Below are positions 7,259 to 19,933 of a DNA stretch of 32,000 bases, piece after piece (position 1 is the first letter of the stretch; every line of letters begins with the position of its first letter). The notes under the pieces are model-generated. The model ran no database searches. It had not been told where the DNA came from and saw only the letters and a list, made by a program, of their open reading frames with translations. The DNA is from Pseudomonas aeruginosa (GTDB lineage Bacteria; Pseudomonadota; Gammaproteobacteria; Pseudomonadales; Pseudomonadaceae), in the NCBI RefSeq assembly GCF_001457615.1, contig NZ_LN831024.1:1260001-1292000 (forward strand), read 5' to 3'. The translations under genes were made by a program, and so were the position numbers.

Positions 7259-8650
7259 ATGACATTTACCCGTAGACAAGTGCTCGGCGGCCTCGCCGGG
7301 CTGGCGGTGGTCGGCCTCGGCGCCGGCGGCGCGCGCTTCTGGCTGGCGCGTCCGCAGGTGGCGCAGGAGTACGACTACGAACTGATCGCCGCGCCGCTGG
7401 ACCTGGAGATCGTCCCGGGCTTCAGCAGTCCGGCGCTGGCCTATGGCGGCCAGTGCCCCGGCGTGGAGTTGCGGGCGAAGCAGGGCGAGTGGCTGCGGGT
7501 GCGCTTCATCAACAGGCTGGACGAACCGACCACCATCCACTGGCACGGCATCCGCCTGCCGATCGAGATGGACGGCGTGCCGTACATTTCCCAGCCGCCG
7601 GTGCAGCCGGGCGAGAGTTTCATCTACCAGTTCAAGACCCAGGACGCCGGCAGCTACTGGTACCACCCGCACCTGATGAGCAGCGAGCAGCTCGGCCGCG
7701 GGCTGGTCGGCCCGCTGATCATCGAGGAGCGCGAACCCACCGGGTTCCGCCACGAGAAGGTTCTCTGCCTGAAGACCTGGCACGTGGACGAGCAGGGCGC
7801 CTTCACCCCCTTCAGCGTGCCGCGCCAGGCCGCGCGCGAAGGCACCCGCGGGCGCTATTCGACGATCAACGGCAAGCATGTGCCGACCATCGACCTGCCG
7901 GCCGGGCAGATTGTCCGGGTGCGCCTGCTGAACGTCGACAACACCGTCACCTACCGTCTCAACCTGCCCAACGGCGAGGCGAGGATCTATGCCATCGATG
8001 GCCATCCGGTGGAACCACGCGGCTTCGAGGGGCAGTACTGGATCGGTCCCGGGATGCGCCTGGAGCTGGCGCTGAAGGTGCCGGAAGCGGGCACCGAGCT
8101 GTCCCTGCGCGACGGGCCGGTACGCCTGGCGACGATCCGCAGCGTGGCCAGCGCCGAGGCACCTGCCGGCGACTGGCCGAAGCCGTTGCCGGCGAATCCG
8201 GTGAGCGAACCGGACCTGGCCAATGCCGAGAAGATCGGTTTCCGTTTCGAGTGGGTCGGGGCCATGTCCGATACCAGCGGCAAGAATCCCTATCCGTCGT
8301 TCTGGCAGATCAACGGCAAGGCCTGGGAAGGCGGCGAGGAGCACAAGCACAACGCGCCGCCGCTGGCCAAGCTCAAGGAAGGCCAGAGCTACATCTTCGA
8401 GCTGCGCAACATGGCGCAGTACCAGCACCCGATCCACCTGCATGGGATGGCCTTCAAGGTGCTGGATTCGGATCGCCGGGACATCATCCCGTACTTCACC
8501 GACACCTACCTGCTGGGCAAGAACGAGACTGCCCGCGTCGCGCTGGTGGCGGACAATCCGGGCCTGTGGATGTTCCACTGCCACGTCATCGACCATATGG
8601 AGACCGGCCTGATGGGGACCATCGCGGTCGGCGAGGCCTGGTGCGGGTGA
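7259..8650 (+). CDS. Tat-exported multicopper oxidase (PAO1 PA3768-like metallo-oxidoreductase)
   Basis: Twin-arginine signal MTFTRRQVLGGLAGLAVVG. Four copper-ligand motifs are present: HWHGIRLP, YWYHPH, HPIHLHG and HCHVIDHMETGLM. RBS GAAGG lies upstream of ATG 7259. Confidence 0.92.
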   Translation: MTFTRRQVLGGLAGLAVVGLGAGGARFWLARPQVAQEYDYELIAAPLDLEIVPGFSSPALAYGGQCPGVELRAKQGEWLRVRFINRLDEPTTIHWHGIRLPIEMDGVPYISQPPVQPGESFIYQFKTQDAGSYWYHPHLMSSEQLGRGLVGPLIIEEREPTGFRHEKVLCLKTWHVDEQGAFTPFSVPRQAAREGTRGRYSTINGKHVPTIDLPAGQIVRVRLLNVDNTVTYRLNLPNGEARIYAIDGHPVEPRGFEGQYWIGPGMRLELALKVPEAGTELSLRDGPVRLATIRSVASAEAPAGDWPKPLPANPVSEPDLANAEKIGFRFEWVGAMSDTSGKNPYPSFWQINGKAWEGGEEHKHNAPPLAKLKEGQSYIFELRNMAQYQHPIHLHGMAFKVLDSDRRDIIPYFTDTYLLGKNETARVALVADNPGLWMFHCHVIDHMETGLMGTIAVGEAWCG

Positions 8651-9189
8651 CTAAGCTGATCAGCAACGGCAAGGGCTACCCGACGGTAAAAGGCGTGCGT
8701 CCGATCATCGATCGCAGCCGGGACCCGCATTTCATGCGCGAGGCCCTGGCAGAGGCGGAAAAGGCCGCGGCCCTCGGCGAAGTGCCGGTGGGCGCGGTCC
8801 TGGTGCGCGAGGGCGAGATCATCGGGCGGGGCTTCAACCGGCCGATCAGTAGCCACGATCCCAGTGCCCACGCCGAAATGCTGGCGATCCGCATGGCAGC
8901 GGCGGAGGCGGGCAACTACCGGCTGCCAGGCAGCACCCTGTATGTGACCCTGGAACCCTGCAGCATGTGTTCCGGACTGCTGGTGCACGCACGCATCCAG
9001 CGCCTGGTGTACGGCACGGTCGAGCCCAAGTCGGGCGCAGTGGAAAGCCGTGGGCGATTCTTCGAGCAGGAGCATCTCAACCATAGGGTCATGGTCGAGG
9101 GTGGCGTGCTGGCGGAAGAATGCAGCCAGGCGCTCTCGGCGTTCTTCCGCGCGCGGCGCGAAGCGGCGAAGAAGCCTCGCGAAGACTGA
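8647..9189 (+). CDS. tadA: tRNA adenosine(34) deaminase
   Basis: Deaminase motifs SAHAEMLAI (HAE) and LEPCSMCSG (PCxxC). It is close by eye to E. coli TadA (VPVGAVLV, YRL..TLYVTLEPC). GTG 8647 overlaps the oxidase stop (GTGA) with GAGG 10 nt upstream. The alternative start is ATG 8734. Confidence 0.9.
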   Translation: MTKLISNGKGYPTVKGVRPIIDRSRDPHFMREALAEAEKAAALGEVPVGAVLVREGEIIGRGFNRPISSHDPSAHAEMLAIRMAAAEAGNYRLPGSTLYVTLEPCSMCSGLLVHARIQRLVYGTVEPKSGAVESRGRFFEQEHLNHRVMVEGGVLAEECSQALSAFFRARREAAKKPRED

Positions 9190-9276
9190 CGGATGTTTCT
9201 CTTTTCGAACGCTCCGGCTGAAACGTTAAAGCACGTCCTAGCCCCTTCCTCTCCTTCAAAAGCCATCTGCATCAAT

Positions 9277-9296
9277 TATTTATCCGGATATTTCGG
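9277..9296. promoter_or_regulatory. AT-rich motif with a perfect 10-bp palindrome TATCCGGATA (copy 1)
   Basis: TATTTATCCGGATATTTCGG; the palindrome is at 9281-9290. It lies about 290 nt upstream of the permease ATG. Related copies occur at 10889-10900 and 10912-10935. Confidence 0.45.
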
Positions 9297-9577
9297 ACGA
9301 TCGGCATAGGCGTAAAGTCGTAGTCGCCGCGCGCTTCCTTCGTCGAATTGTGTGATATTTTGCACGGCCGCTTGAGCAAGCGGCCCGCAGGCAATGGCTT
9401 CAGGTGAGAGCGAGCCCGCCTGCGGATACCCCCGCCGGACCGCGCAGCCGAAAAGCGCGGCCGGTCCGGAGGCGTCCGCGATTCCCGGCCCTGCATTGTC
9501 CTCGAAGAAGGCCATCGGTACGGCGGTCCTGGCCGCCTCCCGCACAATGCCAATTCGAAATGCAGGGAGTTGTTGTC

Positions 9578-10834
9578 ATGAGTGATACCCGGGTCCAGCA
9601 GTATCAGGATCACGCCGGGGCGGAAGCCGTCGATTCCTCGGGACTGGAGGTCAAGCGCCTGACGTTCCTCGAGGCGGTGGCGATGATCGTCGGAACCAAC
9701 ATCGGCGCAGGCGTGCTGTCCATGGCCTACGCCAGCCGCAAGGCCGGCTTCATGCCATTGCTGCTCTGGCTGGCGGTGGCCGGCCTGTTCACCACCATTT
9801 CCATGCTCTACGTCTCGGAAACCGCCCTGCGCACGCGCACCCACAACCAGTTGAGCGGCCTTGCCCAGCGCTATGTCGGCTCCTTCGGCGCCTGGGCGAT
9901 CTTCCTGTCCGTGGCGGTCAACAGCATCGGCGCGCTGATCGCCTACATGAGCGGCAGCGGCAAGATCCTCAGCGCCTTCTTCGGTATCAGCCCGGCCCTG
10001 GGCAGCGTGCTGTTCTTCATTCCGGCCGCCGGCGTGCTGTACCTGGGGCTGAGCGCCATCGGCAAGGGCGAGAAGTTCATCAGCATCGGCATGGTCAGCA
10101 TGATCCTGATCCTGGTGGCGGCCACCCTGCTCAACGACAACACCGAGTTCGCCCGTCTGCTCGACGGCGACTGGATCTACATGGTGCCGGTATTCAACAT
10201 CGCGGTGTTCTGCTTCTCCGCCCAGTACATCGTCCCGGAGATGGCCCGTGGTTTCAGCCACGCCCCGGAGCGCCTGCCGAAGGCGGTGATCACCGGGATG
10301 CTGACCACCTTCGTCCTGCTCAGCATCGTGCCGCTCTCGGTGATCGCCCTGACCGGCCTGGAGAACCAGTCCGAAGTCGCCACCCTGGCCTGGGGCAAGG
10401 CGCTCGGCGAATGGGCCTTCTTCACCGCCAACACCTTCGCCCTGTGCGCCATGCTGACGTCCTACTGGGGCCTGGGCGGTAGCTTCCTGACCAACATCTT
10501 CGACAAGTTCCACAAGCTCGGTCCGGAGAACCGGCCGAAGACCCGCCTGCTGGTGCTGGCGATCGTCGCGCTGCCGCCGTTCGTCCTGGCCTACAGCGGG
10601 CTGGTCGGCTTCGTCAACGCGTTGTACTTCGCCGGGGCCTTCAGCGGGGTGATTCTCTCGATCATGCCGATCCTGATGCTGCGCTCGGCGCGTAGGAACG
10701 GCGACTTCGAGCCGGCCTGGAAATGCGGCTGGATCGCCCATCCGGCGATCCAGGCGGTGATCGTGACGATCTACCTGGCCAGCGCCGCCTACGCCATTTG
10801 TAGCGCCATGAACCTGCTGCCGGCCGGCTGGTAG
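9578..10834 (+). CDS. Aromatic amino-acid permease (Trp/Tyr permease, Mtr/TnaB/TyrP-like family)
   Basis: 418 aa polytopic membrane protein with the N-terminal GTNIGAGVLSMAY motif of this family. RBS GGGAG lies 8 nt before ATG 9578. I recall PAO1 PA3766 being annotated as a probable aromatic amino-acid transporter. Confidence 0.85.
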   Translation: MSDTRVQQYQDHAGAEAVDSSGLEVKRLTFLEAVAMIVGTNIGAGVLSMAYASRKAGFMPLLLWLAVAGLFTTISMLYVSETALRTRTHNQLSGLAQRYVGSFGAWAIFLSVAVNSIGALIAYMSGSGKILSAFFGISPALGSVLFFIPAAGVLYLGLSAIGKGEKFISIGMVSMILILVAATLLNDNTEFARLLDGDWIYMVPVFNIAVFCFSAQYIVPEMARGFSHAPERLPKAVITGMLTTFVLLSIVPLSVIALTGLENQSEVATLAWGKALGEWAFFTANTFALCAMLTSYWGLGGSFLTNIFDKFHKLGPENRPKTRLLVLAIVALPPFVLAYSGLVGFVNALYFAGAFSGVILSIMPILMLRSARRNGDFEPAWKCGWIAHPAIQAVIVTIYLASAAYAICSAMNLLPAGW

Positions 10835-10851
10835 GTCATCGCTGCCGGAAG

Positions 10852-10876
10852 AGGCCGCCATAGGGCGGCCTTTTTC
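10852..10876 (+). terminator. Rho-independent terminator of the permease gene
   Basis: AGGCCGCC (10852-10859) / GGCGGCCT (10864-10871), 4-nt loop, then a T5 run. Confidence 0.85.
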
Positions 10877-10888
10877 ATGGGATTTATT

Positions 10889-10935
10889 TTATCCGGATAA
10901 TATTGTCGCTCTATTTATATCCGGGTATTATTCGG
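10889..10935 (+). promoter_or_regulatory. Candidate promoter of the DUF2239 gene overlapped by two copies of the TATCCGG(A/G)TA motif
   Basis: Perfect 12-bp palindrome TTATCCGGATAA (10889-10900). The -35 is TTGTCG (10903-10908), followed by a 17-nt spacer and the -10 TATTAT (10926-10931). Motif copy 3, TATTTATATCCGGGTATTATTCGG (10912-10935), covers the spacer and the -10. Confidence 0.45.
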
Positions 10936-10959
10936 GCGTTCCATCCATGGGAGCCTGTC

Positions 10960-11544
10960 ATGGCCAATGATCCATACATCCAATCCTTCACCTGCTTCGA
11001 CGGCACGCGCCGGCTGCTGACGGCGGCGCTGCCGGAGGTCGCGCTGGCCTTGAAGCAAGCGGTCGCCGGCGGTGCTGCCGGGCCGCTGCTGGTGTTCGAC
11101 AATGCCACTGGGCGCTCCGTCGATTTCGATATCCGCGGTTCCCGCGAGGACCTGCTGGCACGCCTGGTCGGCGCAGGCGAGCGGCAACCGGCGGAGGAGG
11201 CCGCGCCGCGCGGGCGCGGGCGGCCGAAGCTGGGCGTGGTGGCGCGCGAGGTGACCTTGCTGCCGCGCCACTGGGAATGGCTCGCCGCGCAGCCCGGGGG
11301 CGCCTCGGTGGCGCTGCGCAAGCTGGTCGAGGAGGCGCGCCGCAGCCAGTCCGGGCGTGCGCGGCAGGCGCAGGAGCGCGCCTACCATTTCATGAATGCG
11401 ATGGCCGGCGACCTGCCGGGCTTCGAGGAGGCGACGCGGGCGCTGTTCGCCGGGGATCGCGAGGGCTTCGCCGAGCGGATCGCCGGCTGGCCGACCGATG
11501 TGCGCGAGCACGCCGCCTGGCTGGCAAGCGACGGAGAATCCTGA
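10960..11544 (+). CDS. DUF2239 family protein with an AT-hook-like GRGRPK motif and an RHH-like segment
   Basis: 194 aa from ATG 10960 (RBS GGGAG 6 nt upstream). The internal sequence PRGRGRPKLGVVAREVTLLPRHWEWLAAQPGGASVALRKLVEEARR reads as an AT-hook core followed by a strand-helix-G-x-S-helix pattern. The family assignment is from memory. Confidence 0.8.
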   Translation: MANDPYIQSFTCFDGTRRLLTAALPEVALALKQAVAGGAAGPLLVFDNATGRSVDFDIRGSREDLLARLVGAGERQPAEEAAPRGRGRPKLGVVAREVTLLPRHWEWLAAQPGGASVALRKLVEEARRSQSGRARQAQERAYHFMNAMAGDLPGFEEATRALFAGDREGFAERIAGWPTDVREHAAWLASDGES

Positions 11545-11557
11545 GGGGAGGGGGCGG

Positions 11558-17213
<5,656 letters not shown>

Positions 17214-17219
17214 TCCGGC

Positions 17220-17498
17220 ATGGCGGGCGATGCGGACTCCAACTCGTCGCCCGACCTTCTTCCCGAGGTTCGCCGGGTCTCTCCCGGCGACACCTTGCGG
17301 CTCTGTACCTGCGGGGCTTCGGCTTCGCTTCCCGATTGTCCCGCCGACTGCCGCAACGGCCTGACGCTCCACGCGACCCGCGAGCGCCTGTTGCTGTTGT
17401 GCCGCTGCGGGCGCTCCGCCGACCTGCCGTATTGCGACGGCAGCCATGCGCCTTCCGCCTCCGGGCTGAAGGCCAGGTGGCGGCGTTTCCGCGGCTGA
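17220..17498 (+). CDS. CDGSH-type iron-sulfur domain protein (two tandem motifs)
   Basis: 92 aa. The second motif CRCGRSADLPYCDGSH is a perfect CDGSH signature. The first, CTCGASASLPDCPADC, has the same spacing with Cys at the His position. The gene starts 6 nt after the purL stop. Confidence 0.8.
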   Translation: MAGDADSNSSPDLLPEVRRVSPGDTLRLCTCGASASLPDCPADCRNGLTLHATRERLLLLCRCGRSADLPYCDGSHAPSASGLKARWRRFRG

Positions 17499-17677
17499 GC
17501 GTAAATCTGTGAACGCCCGCACGAAGGTGTTGTGACGAGCGAACAAATGTTGCGCTTATCTGTCGTAAAGGCAGCGTCAAATATTCATCATGTCAAGGCA
17601 AAGTGCCATTATTTGGCGTCGGCAGTCGCACAACCACCGACCGCCTCGTGCAGCATTCGATTCGTGCGGAGAAAACG

Positions 17678-17995
17678 ATGTACAAGCTGTGTTTCTATGT
17701 GCCTGAGAGCCATCTGGATGTCGTCAAGCAAGCGGTGTTCGCCGCGGGTGGCGGGCGCATCGGGGCGTACGACAGTTGCTGCTGGCAGTCCCTTGGCCAG
17801 GGCCAGTTCCGGCCCCTGGACGGTAGCCAACCCTACCTGGGCCAGGTCGGCCAGGTCGAGCACGTGGCGGAGTGGAAAGTGGAGCTGGTGGTGGCCGACG
17901 AGCTCATCCACGCCAGCGTCAAGGCGCTGAAGGCGGCGCATCCCTATGAGACCCCGGCCTACGAAGTCTGGCGCCTGACCGACATGGTCTTCTGA
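17678..17995 (+). CDS. YqfO/Nif3-related small protein (about 105 aa)
   Basis: ATG 17678 with GGAG 7 nt upstream. MYKLCFYVPESHLDVVKQAVFAAGGGRIGAYDSCCW…HPYETPAYEVWRL matches, from memory, the stand-alone YqfO-type domain family. Confidence 0.75.
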   Translation: MYKLCFYVPESHLDVVKQAVFAAGGGRIGAYDSCCWQSLGQGQFRPLDGSQPYLGQVGQVEHVAEWKVELVVADELIHASVKALKAAHPYETPAYEVWRLTDMVF

Positions 17996-18017
17996 GTTTT
18001 CCTCGGACAAGCAAGAA

Positions 18018-18040
18018 GGGCGGCCAGTTGCCGCCCTTTT
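18018..18040. terminator. Hairpin terminator between convergent genes (YqfO-like gene and nagE)
   Basis: GGGCGGC (18018-18024) / GCCGCCC (18030-18036), 5-nt loop, TTTT on the + strand and TTCTT on the - strand. Confidence 0.7.
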
Positions 18041-18175
18041 CGTTATCCGCCTCACGGGGAGAGCCCGACCCGGGGCTGTGGCGTGGCGCGAACAACCGCT
18101 TCGCGATTATCGAACCCGAACGGGGGAGCTGTGGCGTAGGGCGAATAACCGCTTGGCGGTTATCCGCCGATTGGC
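18041..18175. repeat. REP-like tandem extragenic repeats (about 2.5 copies, period about 53 bp)
   Basis: CTGTGGCGTGGCGCGAACAACCGCTTCGCGATTATCG (from 18076) and CTGTGGCGTAGGGCGAATAACCGCTTGGCGGTTATCCGCC (from 18129), plus a partial CGTTATCCGCC at 18041. Each unit holds an imperfect palindrome (GAATAACCGC-TT-GGCGGTTATCC). Confidence 0.7.
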
Positions 18176-18196
18176 CGAGGTCCAGCCCTCCTGCCG

Positions 18197-19909
18197 TCAG
18201 CGCCGCAGTAGCGGTTGCAGGGCCTGGCTCAGGGCCGCGGCGCGGGGGCCCACCAGGATATGGCAGATGCCGCCGGCGAGGGAGCTGACGCCCTGTCCGC
18301 CGAGACGACGCAGTTGCTCGGTGGCCAGCTTGCGTTCGTCCGCCACGCTGACCCGCAGGCGGGTCAGTGCGACGTCCCGTACCTCGCGCAGGTTGCCGGC
18401 GCCGCCGAGGGCGCCGAGCCAGGCCTGGGCTTCGGCGGCGTCGACGGTGGCCTGCATCGACACCACCTCTTCGGCTGCGTTCGGACTGCCCAGCGGCGGT
18501 ACGGCTTCGCCCGGTTGCGTATCGAAGGGCAGGGCGCGGCGGATCTCGTCGGCGATGCTGTCGGCCTGTGGGCCGACCACCACCTGCAGGCTGCCGGCCT
18601 TGCCCGGACGTACCACGGCCATCGCACCGAGGGCCTTGAGCTGGGCGTCCGAGGCCTTGTCGCGGTCGACCAGGCGCAGACGCAGGCGCGTGGTGCAGGC
18701 GTCCACCACTTCGAGGTTGGCTGCGCCACCCAGGGCGCGGATGAATGCCGGGGCGCGCTCGGCTTCGGCGTTGTCGCCCGATTCGCTGCTCGCGTCGTCT
18801 TCGCGGCCCGGGGTCTTCAGGTTGAAGCGGCGGATGCAGAAGTCGAACACCAGGTAATAGATGCCGGCATAGAGCAGGCCCAGCGGCCAGAGCATCCAGC
18901 CGTGGGTGGAACGGCCCCAGCCCAGGGCGAGGTCGATGGCGCCACCGGAGAAGGTGAAGCCGAGGCGGATGTCGAGCAGGTCGGTGAGGGCCATGGACAG
19001 GCCGGTGAGCAGCGCATGCAGCAGGTAGAGCAGCGGCGCGAGGAACATGAAGGCGAACTCCACCGGCTCGGTGACGCCGGTGAGGAAGGCGGTCAAGGCC
19101 ATCGACAGGAGCAGCCCGCCGATCAGCTTGCGCCGCTCCGGACGGGCGTTGCGGTACATCGCCAGGCAGGCGGCGGGCAGGCCGAACATCATCACCGGGA
19201 ACATCCCGGCCATGAACTGGCCGCCCTTCGGGTCGCCGGCGAAATAGCGCGCCAGGTCGCCGGTGACGACGCGCCCGGTTTCCGGGTCGGTGAAGCTGCC
19301 GAAGACGAACCACACCAGGTTGTTGAGGATGTGGTGCAACCCGGTGACGATCAGCAGGCGGTTCAGCACGCCGAAGGCGAAGGCGCCGAAGCTGCCGCTT
19401 TCCAGCATGAGTTGGCCGAGGCCGTTGATGCCCTGTTGCAGCGGTGGCCAGATCACCCCGAACAGCAGGCCCAGGCAGACCGCGCTGATCCCGGTGGCGA
19501 TCGGCACGAAGCGGCGGCCGCCGAAGAACGCCAGGTATTCCGGCAGCTTCACGTCCTTGAAGCGGTTATACAGGGCGCCAGCCACCAGGCCGCTGATGAT
19601 GCCGGAGAGCACGCCCATGTCGATGCCCGGATCGATCACCTTGAGCACCGAGATCATCACCAGGTAGCCGATGGCGCCGGCGAGGCCGGCGGTGCCATTG
19701 TTGTCGCGAGCGAAACCGACGGCGATGCCGATGGCGAAGATCAGCGCCAGGTTGGCGAAGATCGCCTTGCCGGCGTCGTGGACCAGCGGAATGTCGAGCA
19801 GGTCGACGTCGCCCAGGCGCAGCAGCAGGCCGGCGATCGGCAGGATCGCGATCGGCAGCATCAGGGCGCGGCCCAGGCGTTGCAGGCTTTCGATCAGGAA
19901 CGGGGGCAT
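18197..19909 (-). CDS. nagE: PTS N-acetylglucosamine transporter, EIIC domain followed by two EIIB-like modules
   Basis: 570 aa. The N-terminal polytopic EIIC starts MPPFLIESLQRLGRALMLPIA. The first EIIB motif, NLEVVDACTTRLRL, has the phospho-Cys. The second, NLREVRDVALTRLRV, lacks it. Confidence 0.93.
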   Translation of the reverse strand: MPPFLIESLQRLGRALMLPIAILPIAGLLLRLGDVDLLDIPLVHDAGKAIFANLALIFAIGIAVGFARDNNGTAGLAGAIGYLVMISVLKVIDPGIDMGVLSGIISGLVAGALYNRFKDVKLPEYLAFFGGRRFVPIATGISAVCLGLLFGVIWPPLQQGINGLGQLMLESGSFGAFAFGVLNRLLIVTGLHHILNNLVWFVFGSFTDPETGRVVTGDLARYFAGDPKGGQFMAGMFPVMMFGLPAACLAMYRNARPERRKLIGGLLLSMALTAFLTGVTEPVEFAFMFLAPLLYLLHALLTGLSMALTDLLDIRLGFTFSGGAIDLALGWGRSTHGWMLWPLGLLYAGIYYLVFDFCIRRFNLKTPGREDDASSESGDNAEAERAPAFIRALGGAANLEVVDACTTRLRLRLVDRDKASDAQLKALGAMAVVRPGKAGSLQVVVGPQADSIADEIRRALPFDTQPGEAVPPLGSPNAAEEVVSMQATVDAAEAQAWLGALGGAGNLREVRDVALTRLRVSVADERKLATEQLRRLGGQGVSSLAGGICHILVGPRAAALSQALQPLLRR

Positions 19910-19933
19910 GGCGGTGGTCTCCGATTGTTCTTG

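Noticed and set aside
7157-8596. 479-aa minus-strand ORF opposite the multicopper oxidase
   Set aside because: It is antisense to a gene with a Tat signal and all four copper motifs, and it has no motifs of its own.
7453-9189. 578-aa plus-strand ORF running through the oxidase gene into tadA
   Set aside because: Only the last 150-180 codons (tadA) look like a real protein. The upstream part is an alternate frame of the oxidase gene, rich in Arg, Pro and Gly.
9345-9365. Possible TyrR/PhhR box (TGTAAA-N6-TTTACA) upstream of the aromatic permease
   Set aside because: The best candidate, TGTGTGATATTTTGCACG, matches only a few consensus positions in each half-site, which is not convincing.
9276-9545. 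89-aa minus-strand ORF (GTG start) in the tadA-permease spacer
   Set aside because: I hand-checked the codons. The first part has high GC3, but the last third uses codons rare for this genome (CTA, CGA, CTT, CAA, AAT). There is no RBS and no recognisable motif, and it ends inside the AT-rich palindrome. It is probably non-coding.
9272-10861. 529-aa minus-strand ORF opposite the aromatic amino-acid permease
   Set aside because: It is antisense to a clear polytopic permease and is not membrane- or enzyme-like. It would run through the permease terminator and the AT-rich palindrome.
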